Shown here piece after piece: positions 30,489-40,898 of a stretch of 64,000 bases of DNA. This DNA comes from Isoptericola halotolerans. GTDB lineage: Bacteria; Actinomycetota; Actinomycetes; Actinomycetales; Cellulomonadaceae. The first letter of the stretch is position 1. Every line of letters starts with the position of its first letter. The stretch is from assembly GCF_013149785.1 (NCBI RefSeq), contig NZ_JABEZU010000001.1:1178001-1242000 (forward strand). The letters are read 5' to 3'. The notes under the pieces were generated by a model. That model ran no database searches, was not told where the DNA came from, and worked only from the letters and a program-made list of their open reading frames with translations. The position numbers and the translations under genes were made by a program.

Positions 30489-31700
30489 CTAGCGGTTGAG
30501 AGCGGCGAGGCGTCCGACGGCGTCACGCAGCACCTCGGGGCGCTTGACGAACGTGAACCGCACCCGGGAGCGCAGGGCGTCGGCCGCCGTCGACCCCTGC
30601 CGGCAGAACGCCGCCACCGGCACCCCCACCACGCCGGCGAGCTCCGGCAGACGCAGGCAGAGCTCGCGAGCGTCGCTCAGGCCGAGCCGCTCGACGTGCG
30701 CGGCGCCGTCGGCCACGACGAAGTACGTGCCCTGCGGCACGACGACGCCGAAGCCGGCGGCCTCCAGGCCCTCGCACAGCAGGTCGCGGCGGGCGGCGAG
30801 CGATGCCGCCAGAACACGAGGTGCCTCGTCGTCGGCGAGCGCCAGCGCGATCGCCGGCTGGAACGCCGAGCCCGAGGTGTAGGTCATGAACTGCTTGACC
30901 GTGCGCACCGCCGTCACCAGCTCGGCCGGGCCGTGCAACCAGCCCACCTTCCAGCCGGTGAGGCTGAACGTCTTGCCGGAGCTCGACACCGTCAGGGTGC
31001 GCTCGGCCATGCCGGGCAGCGTCGCCATTGGCACGTGCTCGGCGTCGTCGTAGACGAGGTGCTCGTAGACCTCGTCGGTGAGGACGACGGCGTCGCGCTC
31101 GCGGGCGAGGGCGGCGACCTGCTCGAGCTCGGCCCGCGTCAGCACGGTGCCCGTCGGGTTGTGCGGGGTGTTGACGAGGATCAGCCGGGTGCGGTCGGTG
31201 GCGGCGGCGCGCAGGGCGATCGCGTCCAGGCGCAGGTCGGCGGTGAGGGGGACCGGCGCGTGGGTGGCACCGGCCATCGCGACGGCGGCGGCGTGGGAGT
31301 CGTAGAAGGGCTCGAGGGTGATGACCTCGTCGCCGGGTCCGGTCAGCGCGAGGATCGCGGCCGTGAGGGCCTCGGTCGCGCCGGTGGTGGCGAGCACCTC
31401 GGTGTCCGGGTCGACGTCCAGGCCGTAGTGGCGGCGCTGGTGGTCGGCGATGGCCCGGCGCAGCTCCGGGACGCCGTCCCCCGGCGCGTACTGGTTCCGG
31501 CCGGCGTCGATGGCGGCCTTCGCGGCCTCCTTGACGTAGTCCGGCCCGTCGACGTCGGGGAAACCCTGGCCCAGGTTGATCGCTCCGGTGCGGTTCGCCA
31601 GCACGGTCATCTCGGCGAAGATCGTCTGCCCGACGCCGCCGTCGGGCGCGAGCAGACCGGTCGCGTCGGCGACCTGGCGCCAGCGCGGGGTGGACGTCAT
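30489..31700 (-). CDS. PLP-dependent aminotransferase class I/II (DapC-like)
   Basis: TIFAEM, INLGQGFPD, NTPHNPTG, DEVYE, SSGKTFSLTGWKVGW. Confidence 0.9.
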   Translation of the reverse strand: MTSTPRWRQVADATGLLAPDGGVGQTIFAEMTVLANRTGAINLGQGFPDVDGPDYVKEAAKAAIDAGRNQYAPGDGVPELRRAIADHQRRHYGLDVDPDTEVLATTGATEALTAAILALTGPGDEVITLEPFYDSHAAAVAMAGATHAPVPLTADLRLDAIALRAAATDRTRLILVNTPHNPTGTVLTRAELEQVAALARERDAVVLTDEVYEHLVYDDAEHVPMATLPGMAERTLTVSSSGKTFSLTGWKVGWLHGPAELVTAVRTVKQFMTYTSGSAFQPAIALALADDEAPRVLAASLAARRDLLCEGLEAAGFGVVVPQGTYFVVADGAAHVERLGLSDARELCLRLPELAGVVGVPVAAFCRQGSTAADALRSRVRFTFVKRPEVLRDAVGRLAALNR

Positions 31701-31728
31701 ACGGGCGACCCTACCGACCGGTGGTGGG

Positions 31729-32145
31729 TCAGCCCTGTGGGTCGACGACCGCGGCGATCGCCTCGAGCTCGACCAGCTGGTCGTCGTACCCGAGCACCGT
31801 CACCCCCATGAGGGTGCTCGGCACGTCGTGGTCGCCGAAGGCGTCGCGCACGACCTCCCAGGCGGTGACGAGGTCCGCCTGGTCGGACGACGCGACGAGC
31901 ACGCGGGTGCTGATGACGTCCTCGATCGTCGCGCCGGCCGCCGCCAGGGCACGGGTCATCGTCTCGACGCACGCAGCCGCCTGTGCCGCGAAGTCACCGG
32001 GCGCGACCGTGGCACCGTCGTCGTCGAGCGGGCACGAGCCCGCCAGGAAGATCAGGCGGGCGTCCCGCGGTGCGGTGGCCGCGTACGCGTACTCGGCGAC
32101 CGCCGAGAGGTTCGAGGCGCGGATCAGCTGGACGGAGCTCGGCAT
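31729..32145 (-). CDS. RidA/YjgF-family protein
   Basis: FLAGSCPLD, PSTLMGVTVLG, LVELEAIA. Confidence 0.85.
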   Translation of the reverse strand: MPSSVQLIRASNLSAVAEYAYAATAPRDARLIFLAGSCPLDDDGATVAPGDFAAQAAACVETMTRALAAAGATIEDVISTRVLVASSDQADLVTAWEVVRDAFGDHDVPSTLMGVTVLGYDDQLVELEAIAAVVDPQG

Positions 32146-32205
32146 GACCGCATCGTGCCAGGTCCTGTCCAGCCGATGTCGGTGCCACGCGGCATGCTGG
32201 AGGGC

Positions 32206-32811
32206 ATGGTGAGCGTGGACCTCAAGACGACGTACCGCGACCTGTACCGGGCGCCGCGTGACCCGGTCCTCGTGACCGTTCCGGCGCGCCCGTACCTGAT
32301 GGTGGACGGCGCCGGCGACCCGAACACCGCCCCGGCGTACCGCGAGGCCGTCACGTCGTTGTACCCGCTGGCCTACGCCCTGCGCGCCGCGATCAAGGAC
32401 GCCACGGGCACCGGCTACGCCGTCATGCCGCTCGAAGGGCTCTGGTGGGCCGACGAGGTCGAGCGCTTCCGCGAGCTGCCACGCTCGGCCTGGCGGTGGA
32501 CGATGATGATCAGCCTGCCCGACGACGTCGCGCAGGTCGACGCGGTGGAGGTCGTCGCACGCACGACGACGGCACGTGACCTGCCCGCGGCGGTGCGGCT
32601 GGAGCAGTTCGGCGACGGTGAGGCGGTCCAGGTGCTGCACGTCGGCCCGTACACCGAGGAGGCTCCCGCCGTGGACGCGCTGCACGCGTTCGTCACGAGC
32701 TCCGGACGGTCGCTGGCGGGCCGCCACCACGAGATCTACCTGTCCGACCCGCGCCGCACCGCGCCCGAGCGGCTGCGCACGATCATCCGCCAGCCGGTGG
32801 CGCCGGGCTGA
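32206..32811 (+). CDS. GyrI-like small-molecule binding protein
   Basis: GDPN, PLEGLWW, WTMMI, HVGPY, HHEIYLSDPRRT. Confidence 0.85.
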   Translation: MVSVDLKTTYRDLYRAPRDPVLVTVPARPYLMVDGAGDPNTAPAYREAVTSLYPLAYALRAAIKDATGTGYAVMPLEGLWWADEVERFRELPRSAWRWTMMISLPDDVAQVDAVEVVARTTTARDLPAAVRLEQFGDGEAVQVLHVGPYTEEAPAVDALHAFVTSSGRSLAGRHHEIYLSDPRRTAPERLRTIIRQPVAPG

Positions 32812-32874
32812 CCCCGCCGACCCGTGACCTGTGGCACTGCCGGGCCGGCGGGTGCGGGGGCCAGGGTGGGACCC

Positions 32875-33468
32875 ATGTCGTCGATGTGGGTCGCTGCCGT
32901 GAGCTGCTGGGCGTTCGTCGTGGTGTTCCTCGTCGACGGATGGACCCGGCACGGCTACTCGTCGGTGCGTCAGCCCGTGAGCGCCCTGGCGCTCGGGAGG
33001 CGGGGCTGGCTGCAGACGGTGAACTTCCTGGTGTGCGGCGCGGCGATCACGACCGGGGCGCTCGTGGCAGGTGCCGACCTCGGCAACGGGCTCCTCGCCG
33101 TCGTCGTGGGCGTCTTCGGCGTGGCGCTCGTCGCCTCCGGGGCGTTCCGCATGGATCCGATGCGCGGCTACCCGCCGGGCACCCCCGACACCACGCCCGA
33201 GGACACCTCCTGGCACCACCGGCTCCACGACCATGCCGGGGCCGTGGTCTTCACCGCCGTGCCGGTGTCAGCCGTCGTCGCGACCATCGCCCTGCCCGAG
33301 CTCGCCTGGAAGGGGTACTCGGGCGTGACCGCGTTCCTCACCGGTGCCGGTCTGCTCGTCTTCGGCCAGGCGTGGGAGGACGACTCGCCACGGGCCGGGC
33401 TGGTCCAGAAGGCGACCATCGCCGTCGGGTGGCTGTGGGTGGGGCTGCTGTTCGTGCGGGCGGCGTGA
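32875..33468 (+). CDS. DUF998-like membrane protein
   Basis: VSALALG..GWLQTVNF, DPMRGYPPG, LHD, GLVQK. Confidence 0.78.
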   Translation: MSSMWVAAVSCWAFVVVFLVDGWTRHGYSSVRQPVSALALGRRGWLQTVNFLVCGAAITTGALVAGADLGNGLLAVVVGVFGVALVASGAFRMDPMRGYPPGTPDTTPEDTSWHHRLHDHAGAVVFTAVPVSAVVATIALPELAWKGYSGVTAFLTGAGLLVFGQAWEDDSPRAGLVQKATIAVGWLWVGLLFVRAA

Positions 33469-33499
33469 GGCGCCCGCACGAACGCGCAGCCTCCTGCGC

Positions 33500-34225
33500 T
33501 CAGCTGGCGCCGAGCAGCGCACCGAGCTCGGCGTAGAACGCCGCGGGGTCATCGGCGAGCGACGCCTTGACCATCGCGGTCCAGTCGTCGACGACGACCT
33601 CGATCGAGCCGGCGGCCAGGCCGTCGAGCGACCTGCGCGGCACCTCGCGCGCGTCGATCTTCGGGCCGTCGTACCCGGCGGCGATGTCCGTGTCGGCGGC
33701 GCCGAGGAGCACGCCCTGGACGAGGGTGCCCTGGGCGGCGAGCTCGAGGCGCACGCCGTTGGTCATGTTCCACTCGGCGGCCTTGGCGGCGGCGTACGAC
33801 CCCGTCCCGGGGGCCACGAACCAGGACAGCGCGGAGAGGATGTTCACGATCGCACCCCCGCCGTTGGCCGCGAGGACGGGGTGGAACGCGCGGATCATGT
33901 CGAGCGTGCCCCAGAAGTGCGTGTCCATCTCGCGGCGCACCTCGGCGAGGTCGCCCGTCACCAGGGACGCACCGGTCGAGATGCCGGCGTTGTTGACGAG
34001 CAGGGTCACGTCCTGCGCCGTCGCCGCGGCCTGGGCGACGGACTCGTGGTCGAGCAGGTCGACCCGCAGCGGCACCACGCGGCTGTCGTCGACGTCGAGG
34101 CTCTCGGGTCGGCGGGCCGTGGCGTAGACCTTGCTCGCCCCGCGGTCGAGCAGCTCGAGCACGAACTGGCGGCCGATGCCGCGGTTGGCTCCGGTGACGA
34201 GGGCGATCTGACCGGTGACGTCCAT
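33500..34225 (-). CDS. Short-chain dehydrogenase/reductase
   Basis: TGANRGIG, NNAG, YAAAK. Confidence 0.92.
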   Translation of the reverse strand: MDVTGQIALVTGANRGIGRQFVLELLDRGASKVYATARRPESLDVDDSRVVPLRVDLLDHESVAQAAATAQDVTLLVNNAGISTGASLVTGDLAEVRREMDTHFWGTLDMIRAFHPVLAANGGGAIVNILSALSWFVAPGTGSYAAAKAAEWNMTNGVRLELAAQGTLVQGVLLGAADTDIAAGYDGPKIDAREVPRRSLDGLAAGSIEVVVDDWTAMVKASLADDPAAFYAELGALLGAS

Positions 34226-34290
34226 GGGTTCCCAGCTTTCTGCGCGAAGTTTCTCGGGTGCGCCGGTGCCTGTGCGGCCCGGCATCGGCT

Positions 34291-34322
34291 ACGCTAGAAC
34301 CTGACGTTGACGTCAAGGGCAA
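34291..34322 (-). promoter_or_regulatory. MerR-type promoter with long spacer and operator dyad
   Basis: Minus strand TTGCCC-20 bp-TAGCGT with TGACGT-N2-ACGTCA (34302-34315) in the spacer. Confidence 0.8.
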
Positions 34323-34360
34323 GTCTGGCGACGAGAGACATGGATCACGGGAGGACACGG

Positions 34361-34807
34361 ATGCGGATCGGCGACGTGGCGGAGCGGTCGGGCGTCAGCA
34401 CCAGAGCGCTGCGGTACTACGAGGAGCAGGGCCTTCTCACCGCGGAGCGGACACCCGGCGGCCAGCGCACCTATCCCGAGTCGGCCGTTGAACGTGTCCG
34501 GCTGATCCAGCAGTTCTTCGCCGCCGGTGTGCCCAGCCGCACCGTCCTGCAGCTGATGCCCTGTGTCGAGGCCGGGCAGGCGACGCCCGAGGTCTTCCAG
34601 GTGCTGGAGGCCGAGCGAGAACGCATCACCGCCGCGATGGCCGACCTCGCCGCCGCACGCGACGCCCTGGACCGGATGATCGACATCGCGAACCACCCGA
34701 CCCCCGAGCACTGCCCCGCCCTGCGCGAGCCGGCCTGGTCCCCGTACGACCCGTCGGGCGCGACGGTGGCTGCCGGCAGCCCGGTCGCCACCGCGTCCGC
34801 CGGGTGA
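34361..34807 (+). CDS. MerR-family transcriptional regulator
   Basis: MRIGDVAERSGVSTRALRYYEEQGLL. Confidence 0.92.
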   Translation: MRIGDVAERSGVSTRALRYYEEQGLLTAERTPGGQRTYPESAVERVRLIQQFFAAGVPSRTVLQLMPCVEAGQATPEVFQVLEAERERITAAMADLAAARDALDRMIDIANHPTPEHCPALREPAWSPYDPSGATVAAGSPVATASAG

Positions 34808-35754
34808 TGCAGCGACCGCACCGGGTGGTGGTCCTCGTGCTCGACGGGGCGCGCCCGCTGGACGTCGGGATCCCGACGGAGGTGTTCCATCCGGAGACAG
34901 GGTTCCCCTACGAGGTGTCGACCTGCGGGGTCACCGGCGGGACGGTGACGTCGTCCGGGGGGTTCGGCTTCGCGGTCCAGGGAGGCCTGGACGCGCTCGC
35001 GGACACCGACACGATCATCGTCCCGGGGTACGCCCCGGCGGGACGGCCGATACCGGCGCAGGTGTGCGAAGCGCTCCAGGACGCCGCAGCCCGCGGGACG
35101 CGCATCGCGTCGATCTGCTACGGCGCGTTCGCGCTCGCGGACTCCGGCCTGCTCGACGGTCTGCGGGCGACGACGCACTGGGACGCGGCGCAGAAGCTCG
35201 CGGAACGGCACCCGCAGATCACGGTCGAGCCGAACGTCCTCTTCGTCGACGAAGGACCCATCCTCACGTCGGCAGGAGCGGCCGCCGGTCTCGACCTGTG
35301 CCTGCACATCGTCCGGCGCGACCTCGGCGTGAGCGCGGGGAACGAGATCGCCCGGGGGCTCGTCACCGCGCCCTACCGCACCGGGGGGCAGGCCCAGTAC
35401 CTGCCGCGGGCCAGCTCGGCGACCCGTGGCGAGACCCTCGCTGCGACCCGCGAATGGGCCCTGGCGCGGCTCGGCCAGCAGGTCACGATCGCCGAGCTCG
35501 CCGCCCACGCGCGGATGTCCCCCCGCACCTTCCTGCGCCGCTTCACCGAGGAGACCGGCAGCACCCCGCTGCAGTGGATCCTCCGGGCGAGGGTCGACAC
35601 CGCCCGCGAGCTCCTGGAGAGCACGAGGCTGTCGGTCGACCGCATCGCGGAAGAGGTCGGCCTGGGCACCGGGTCGAACCTCCGGCTCCACTTCCGCCGG
35701 CTCCTGGACGTGTCCCCCTCGGAGTACCGCGCCACCTTCACGGGGCGGAGCTGA
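34804..35754 (+). CDS. GlxA/AdpA-like AraC regulator with DJ-1/PfpI domain
   Basis: SICYGAF, ATTHW, TSAGAAAGLDLCL, GGQAQY, AraC HTH. Confidence 0.9.
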   Translation: MMQRPHRVVVLVLDGARPLDVGIPTEVFHPETGFPYEVSTCGVTGGTVTSSGGFGFAVQGGLDALADTDTIIVPGYAPAGRPIPAQVCEALQDAAARGTRIASICYGAFALADSGLLDGLRATTHWDAAQKLAERHPQITVEPNVLFVDEGPILTSAGAAAGLDLCLHIVRRDLGVSAGNEIARGLVTAPYRTGGQAQYLPRASSATRGETLAATREWALARLGQQVTIAELAAHARMSPRTFLRRFTEETGSTPLQWILRARVDTARELLESTRLSVDRIAEEVGLGTGSNLRLHFRRLLDVSPSEYRATFTGRS

Positions 35755-35785
35755 CCACCGCACTCACTCGGACCGTGCGCGTCGG

Positions 35786-36079
35786 CTACGCGTCCGCACC
35801 GTCCACGAGCACGGCCCGGTAGGTCGCGCCGAGGAAGCGGTCCTGCACCACGTCCTGGTACTGCTCGCCGTGATACCACTGGCGTGCCGCAGCCGCGTCG
35901 GGGAAGCGCAGGACGACGACGCCTTCGATCGGGGGGCCCTCGAGCACCTCGAACGTGCCGTAGTCGACCAGTGCCTGCACGTCGTGGCCCGCGAACGTGC
36001 TGTCGGCGCGCTCGGCGTAGCGGTCGAGGGCCTGCTGATCGGTGGTGGCCTCTCGCTGGAACACGATGTATGCGCTCAT
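35786..36079 (-). CDS. DUF1330 family protein
   Basis: MSAYIV, VLEG, VVLRFP, WY..EQYQ; GGAGG RBS. Confidence 0.83.
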   Translation of the reverse strand: MSAYIVFQREATTDQQALDRYAERADSTFAGHDVQALVDYGTFEVLEGPPIEGVVVLRFPDAAAARQWYHGEQYQDVVQDRFLGATYRAVLVDGADA

Positions 36080-36135
36080 GTCTCTGTTCCTCCGTGGTTC
36101 CGTGGTCACTCTTGTTGGGGGGGTGGTGGGTACCG

Positions 36136-37143
36136 CTATGAGATGCGCGGGGGAAGCGCGACGGTCTCACCCGCCACGTCGATCGCGACCTTGCCGCGGA
36201 GCGCGTACGACCGCCTGTTCTCGAGGAGCTCGTGAGCCTCGCCCGTCCGGGCGAGGGGGAGCGTCGCGCCGATGACCGGCTTCACGAGACCGCGCTCGAC
36301 CAGCCTGGTGAGCGCGTCCAGCTTTCCTCGGTTCTGTCGTGTGAAGACAAAGTGGTAGGCGGCGTTGACGCCCCACGCCTCGATGAGGTTCTGCGGCTGC
36401 GCGTGGTCGACGATGCTGACGACGCGTGCCGAGTCGGCGAGCGTCAGCGGGCTTCGTGTGAGCGTGTCGCCACCGATCGTGTCGAAGACGACGTCGACCC
36501 CCTGGCCCCCCGTCATCTCGGCCACCGCTTCGACGTAGTCCGTCGAGGTGTAGTCGATGGTCGCGTCGGCTCCGAGGGAGCGCACGAACTCGTGATCGCC
36601 GGCCTTCGCGGTGGTGATCACGCGGGCGCCCATCGCCTTCGCGACCTGGATCGCGATCGTGCCGACGCCGCCCGTGCCGCCATGGATGAGGATCGTCTCC
36701 CCCACGGTGAGCCGAGATCGCGTGACCAGGGCCTCCCAGACCGTGCCGCCGACGAGAGTCAGGCTCGCCGCCTCCAGGTGACTGACGTTCTCCGGCTTCC
36801 GGCCGACGAGCTCGACGTCGACGACGTGCTGCTCGGCGTAGGAGCCGGGGCCTCCGAAGATCTGAGGCGTGTAGTACACCGCGTCGCCGACGCGGAACTC
36901 GGTCACGTGGGACCCGACCTCCTCGATCACGCCGGAGACGTCGTGCCCGATGATCGCCGGGAGCGGGACGAGGTCGGTGTAGTCCCCGCGACGGATCTGG
37001 AAGTCCAGCGGGTTGACGGCGGTCGCATGGACGCGGACCCGTACCTGGCGGGGCCCGACGTCCGGTACGGAGACGTCGCGCAGCTCGAGAGCGTCGACCC
37101 CTCCGAAACGGGTGAGCACGACGGCCTTCATCTGGTCAGTCAT
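36136..37143 (-). CDS. MDR-family (quinone/alcohol) oxidoreductase
   Basis: [28 protein letters not shown]. Confidence 0.9.
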   Translation of the reverse strand: MTDQMKAVVLTRFGGVDALELRDVSVPDVGPRQVRVRVHATAVNPLDFQIRRGDYTDLVPLPAIIGHDVSGVIEEVGSHVTEFRVGDAVYYTPQIFGGPGSYAEQHVVDVELVGRKPENVSHLEAASLTLVGGTVWEALVTRSRLTVGETILIHGGTGGVGTIAIQVAKAMGARVITTAKAGDHEFVRSLGADATIDYTSTDYVEAVAEMTGGQGVDVVFDTIGGDTLTRSPLTLADSARVVSIVDHAQPQNLIEAWGVNAAYHFVFTRQNRGKLDALTRLVERGLVKPVIGATLPLARTGEAHELLENRRSYALRGKVAIDVAGETVALPPRIS

Positions 37144-37604
37144 AGGGGTCTCTTCCTCATCGTGGTGGTGGAGGTGTGACCCGCCTGGCGGGCGGTTCCT
37201 CAGTGTTGCCCGGACGATCTACGCGCCGCCAGTGGCAACAACGCCACTCTTCGCGAGGAAAGTGACAGTCGCCCTCGGATGGCTCCGTCGCCTCGTTCCA
37301 TGCAGGAACGGGCGCGCCACGAGCAGGAGGGCGAGGTGCGGGTGTCGACGGCTCGACAGTGTCCACGATGCGGACCGCCGGCGGGAGCCGGCCCCGCTGA
37401 CGGCACAGGTCCTGTCGACGGCTGCCTGCGGTCGACCACGGCGCTGACCAGGTGTCTTGTCGGCCCGGGGGTGCGGCGGCGACCGGCCGGCAGCGCTCGC
37501 GCGAGCCCTGTCCACAGGGTGGCAGCGGCACGGCGACGATGTTCGCTACGCTCAGCGACGCCAGATGGAAGGTCCGGAATGTCCCCGAGGGAGAGGTTCG
37601 CCCG

Positions 37605-38867
37605 GTGACCATCGACGTGTCCCTGCGCGACGACGCCACAAGCATCCTGCAGTACGAGGTGCGCGAGCTCGTCCGCCGCCGCGGCATCGACCCCGTCGCC
37701 GACCGCGCCGGTCTCGACCGGCTCGTGAACGAAGCGGCCGCCGACTACGCCGAGCGGGTCTCCCTCGGTGTGGTGCCTCCGCTGGCCGACACCGCCGCCA
37801 CCGTCCGTGCCGTGGTTGACGCGCTCGGCGGGCTCGGGCCGCTGCAGGCGTACCTCGACGACCCGGAGATCGAGGAGATCTGGATCAACGCTCCTGCCCA
37901 GGTCTTCGTGGCACGCCGTGGCGTCAGCGAGCTGACCACGACGCTCCTGACCGCCGCCCAGGTGCGGGACCTCGTCGAGCGGATGCTGGCAGCGAGCGGA
38001 CGGAGGCTGGACCTCAGCAGTCCCTTCGTCGACGCCACCCTGCCCGGTGGAGAGCGCCTGCACGTCGTGATCCCCGACGTCACGCGCGAGCACATGGCCG
38101 TGAACATCCGTAAGCACGTGGTGCGCGCCCACCATGTCGACCACATGACGCGCCTGGGTTCGCTCAGCCAGCACGCGGCGGCATTCCTGGACGCCGCGGT
38201 CCGGGCAGGGCTGAACGTCCTGGTGGCCGGAGCCACCCAGGCCGGCAAGACCACCATGCTCAACGCGCTGGCCGGGTCGATCCCGGCCGGTCAGCGAGTG
38301 GTGTCCTGCGAGGAGGTCTTCGAGCTGAGGCTCCCCGTGCGGGACCACGTGGCGATGCAGTGCCGTCAGCCGAGCCTGGAGGGGACGGGGGAGATCCCGT
38401 TGCGGCGACTGGTGAAGGAGTCGCTGCGGATGCGCCCCGACCGCATCGTCATCGGTGAGGTGCGTGAGGCCGAGAGCCTGGATCTCCTGGTGGCCCTGAA
38501 CGCCGGAGTGCCCGGCATGTGCACGATCCACGCGAACTCCGCGCGCGAGGCGGTCACGAAGATGTGCACGCTGCCGCTGCTCGCCGGGGAGAACGTGTCC
38601 GATCGCTTCGTCACCCCGACGGTGGCGTCCGCCATCGACCTCGTCGTCCACCTCGGGGTGACCGTCGACGGCGTCCGGCAGGTCCGCGAGATCGTCGCCG
38701 TCACCGGGCGGGTGGAGGAAGGGCGGGTCGAGACGGCCCAGATCTTCCAGCGCCGACCGCTCGCGCAGGGCGGGGAGCTCGTCCGGGGCGACGGCTTCCC
38801 GCCGGGGATCGAGCGCTTCGAGAGGGTGGGCATCGACGTCCATGCCCTGCTGGCAGGGGAACGCTGA
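37605..38867 (+). CDS. cpaF: Tad pilus ATPase CpaF/TadA
   Basis: EEIWIN, SPFVDA, GATQAGKTT, LRMRPDRIVIGEVR, TIHANS; start approximate. Confidence 0.92.
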   Translation: MTIDVSLRDDATSILQYEVRELVRRRGIDPVADRAGLDRLVNEAAADYAERVSLGVVPPLADTAATVRAVVDALGGLGPLQAYLDDPEIEEIWINAPAQVFVARRGVSELTTTLLTAAQVRDLVERMLAASGRRLDLSSPFVDATLPGGERLHVVIPDVTREHMAVNIRKHVVRAHHVDHMTRLGSLSQHAAAFLDAAVRAGLNVLVAGATQAGKTTMLNALAGSIPAGQRVVSCEEVFELRLPVRDHVAMQCRQPSLEGTGEIPLRRLVKESLRMRPDRIVIGEVREAESLDLLVALNAGVPGMCTIHANSAREAVTKMCTLPLLAGENVSDRFVTPTVASAIDLVVHLGVTVDGVRQVREIVAVTGRVEEGRVETAQIFQRRPLAQGGELVRGDGFPPGIERFERVGIDVHALLAGER

Positions 38868-39724
38868 TGGGTGTCCTGGTCGGGCTGGTCGCGGGTATCG
38901 GACTCGTGCTCGTCTGGCTCTCCTGCTGGGAGCCCACCGCGGTGAGGCGCCCACGGAGCCGTCGGAGCCACGTGCTGCAGGACGTCCTCGTCCAGGCGGG
39001 GGTACCGAATGTCAGCGCCGGCGCCCTGTACGCCTTCAGCGCGGGAGTGGGGGTCGTGGTGCTGCTGGTCGGCCTCGCGCTGTCCCGGTCTCCGGCGATC
39101 GCGGGCTGCTTCGCCCTCATGGCGGTCGCGGCCCCCGAGGTGCTGCTGCGGGTGCGCGCGCGCCGTCGGCGTGAGGGCTTGCGCGACGTGTGGCCGGACG
39201 CCGTCGACCACCTCGCCTCCGGGGTCCGAGCGGGTCTCTCGTTGCCCGAGGCCGTGGCCCAGCTGGGGGAGCGTGGTCCGGCGGAGCTGCGCGAGCCCTT
39301 CGCGCAGTTCGCCGCCGACTACCGTGCCACCGGCCGGTTCGGGGAGTGCCTCGACCTGCTCAAGGCGCGGCTGGCCGACCCGGTCGCGGACCGCATCGTC
39401 GAGGCCTTGCGCCTCACCCGCGAGGTCGGCGGGACCGACCTGGGGAGGCTCCTCAAGAGCCTGTCGGAGTTCCTGCGAGAGGACGCACGTACCCGCGGCG
39501 AGCTGGAGGCGCGGCAGTCGTGGACGGTCAACGGTGCGCGCCTGGCCGCGGCCGGACCGTGGGTGGTGCTGGCCTTCCTGGCGACGCGCCCGGAGACGGC
39601 GCGGGCGTACGATTCCGCGGCCGGGGTGGCGGTGCTGGCCGCCGGGGCCGGCTGCTCGGTGTTCGCCTACCAGGTGATGCGCAGGATCGGGCGCCTGCCC
39701 GAGGAGAGCCGGGTGCTGCGATGA
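38867..39724 (+). CDS. tadB: TadB-like T2SS-F platform protein
   Basis: WPDAVDHLASGVRAGLSL, EVGG; TGATG overlap. Confidence 0.85.
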   Translation: MGVLVGLVAGIGLVLVWLSCWEPTAVRRPRSRRSHVLQDVLVQAGVPNVSAGALYAFSAGVGVVVLLVGLALSRSPAIAGCFALMAVAAPEVLLRVRARRRREGLRDVWPDAVDHLASGVRAGLSLPEAVAQLGERGPAELREPFAQFAADYRATGRFGECLDLLKARLADPVADRIVEALRLTREVGGTDLGRLLKSLSEFLREDARTRGELEARQSWTVNGARLAAAGPWVVLAFLATRPETARAYDSAAGVAVLAAGAGCSVFAYQVMRRIGRLPEESRVLR

Positions 39725-40653
39725 CGCCGGCGGTGAGCGGTGCGCTGCTGGGACTGGTGGGCGGCGTGGGTGTGCTGCTCGTCTGGGCAGGGCTGCGAGG
39801 CCGTCGGATCTCGCTCCACGAGCGGCTCGCCCCGGCACTGCGACCCCGCGACGCCTCGTCCGGTCTGCTGCGGGAGCACGTCGTGCACACCCCGTTCGGC
39901 GTCGTCGAGCGGATCGTGGCCCCCTGGGTCTCGGACGTCGCCCACTGGTTCGAGCGTTTCGGCTCGACGCGCGAGGACGTCCAGCGGCGGCTCGACCGTG
40001 CCGGGCGCGCCGAGTCGGTGGAGCAGTTCCGTGCCCGCCAGCTCGTCTGGACGGTGTCCGGGCTGGTGGTGGGCCTGGCGGTCGCGGTGATGCTCGCCGC
40101 CACCCGCGGCTCCGGGGTGGTCTCGCTCGTCGCTCTCGTGCTCGTGGTGGGGGCTGTGGGGTTCGTCGGCTGCGACCGGTGGCTCAGCTCGCTGGCCCAG
40201 CAGCGCGAGGAGCGCATGCTTGCCGAGTTCCCGACCGTGGCGGAGCTGTTGGCACTGGCCGTCACCGCCGGCGAGGGGCCGATGCCGGCCCTGGAACGGG
40301 TGGCGACGACGGCGCGCGGCGAGCTGTCCGGGGAGATCGCCACCATGCTCGCCGACGTCCGTGCGGGGGCGCCGATCGCTGTCGCCCTGTCCGCCATGGC
40401 AGGTCGCACCAACCTGCCGTCCCTGACCCGTTTCGCCGAGGGTGTCGCCGTCGCTCTGGAGCGCGGCACGCCCTTGGCCGACGTGCTGCGTGCCCAGGCG
40501 CAGGACGTCCGCGAGTCGGGACGTCGAGCGCTGATGGAGGCGGGCGGCAAGAAGGAGGTCGTCATGCTCGTGCCGGTCGTGTTCCTCATCCTGCCCATCA
40601 CGGTGGTTTTCGCCGTGTTCCCGTCCCTGGCCACTTTGCAGATCGGTCTGTGA
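39721..40653 (+). CDS. tadC: TadC-like T2SS-F platform protein
   Basis: EFPTVAELLAL..AGEG, ERGTPLADVLRAQA, MLVPVVFLILP. Confidence 0.85.
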   Translation: MTPAVSGALLGLVGGVGVLLVWAGLRGRRISLHERLAPALRPRDASSGLLREHVVHTPFGVVERIVAPWVSDVAHWFERFGSTREDVQRRLDRAGRAESVEQFRARQLVWTVSGLVVGLAVAVMLAATRGSGVVSLVALVLVVGAVGFVGCDRWLSSLAQQREERMLAEFPTVAELLALAVTAGEGPMPALERVATTARGELSGEIATMLADVRAGAPIAVALSAMAGRTNLPSLTRFAEGVAVALERGTPLADVLRAQAQDVRESGRRALMEAGGKKEVVMLVPVVFLILPITVVFAVFPSLATLQIGL

Positions 40654-40672
40654 CCCACCAGAAAGGTTGACC

Positions 40673-40888
40673 ATGTCCTCAGCATCCTCCGACCGCCGCG
40701 CCGCCCGCACGGCGTCGCTCGACGGCGCGGGCCGCCCTGACGCGCACGACCCCGAACGAGGTGACGTCCCCGGCTGGGTCCTGGTGACGTTGATGACGGC
40801 AGGGCTCGTGGTCGCGCTCTGGGCGCTCGCGGGCCCGCTGCTCGAGGGAGCGTTCACCGATGCGATCCAGAGTGTCACCGGCAGGTGA
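40673..40888 (+). CDS. Putative Flp-like major pilin
   Basis: 71 aa, ERG/DVPGWV then a single hydrophobic helix; position after tadC; GAAAGG RBS. Confidence 0.7.
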   Translation: MSSASSDRRAARTASLDGAGRPDAHDPERGDVPGWVLVTLMTAGLVVALWALAGPLLEGAFTDAIQSVTGR

Positions 40889-40898
40889 CGGCCCTGCG

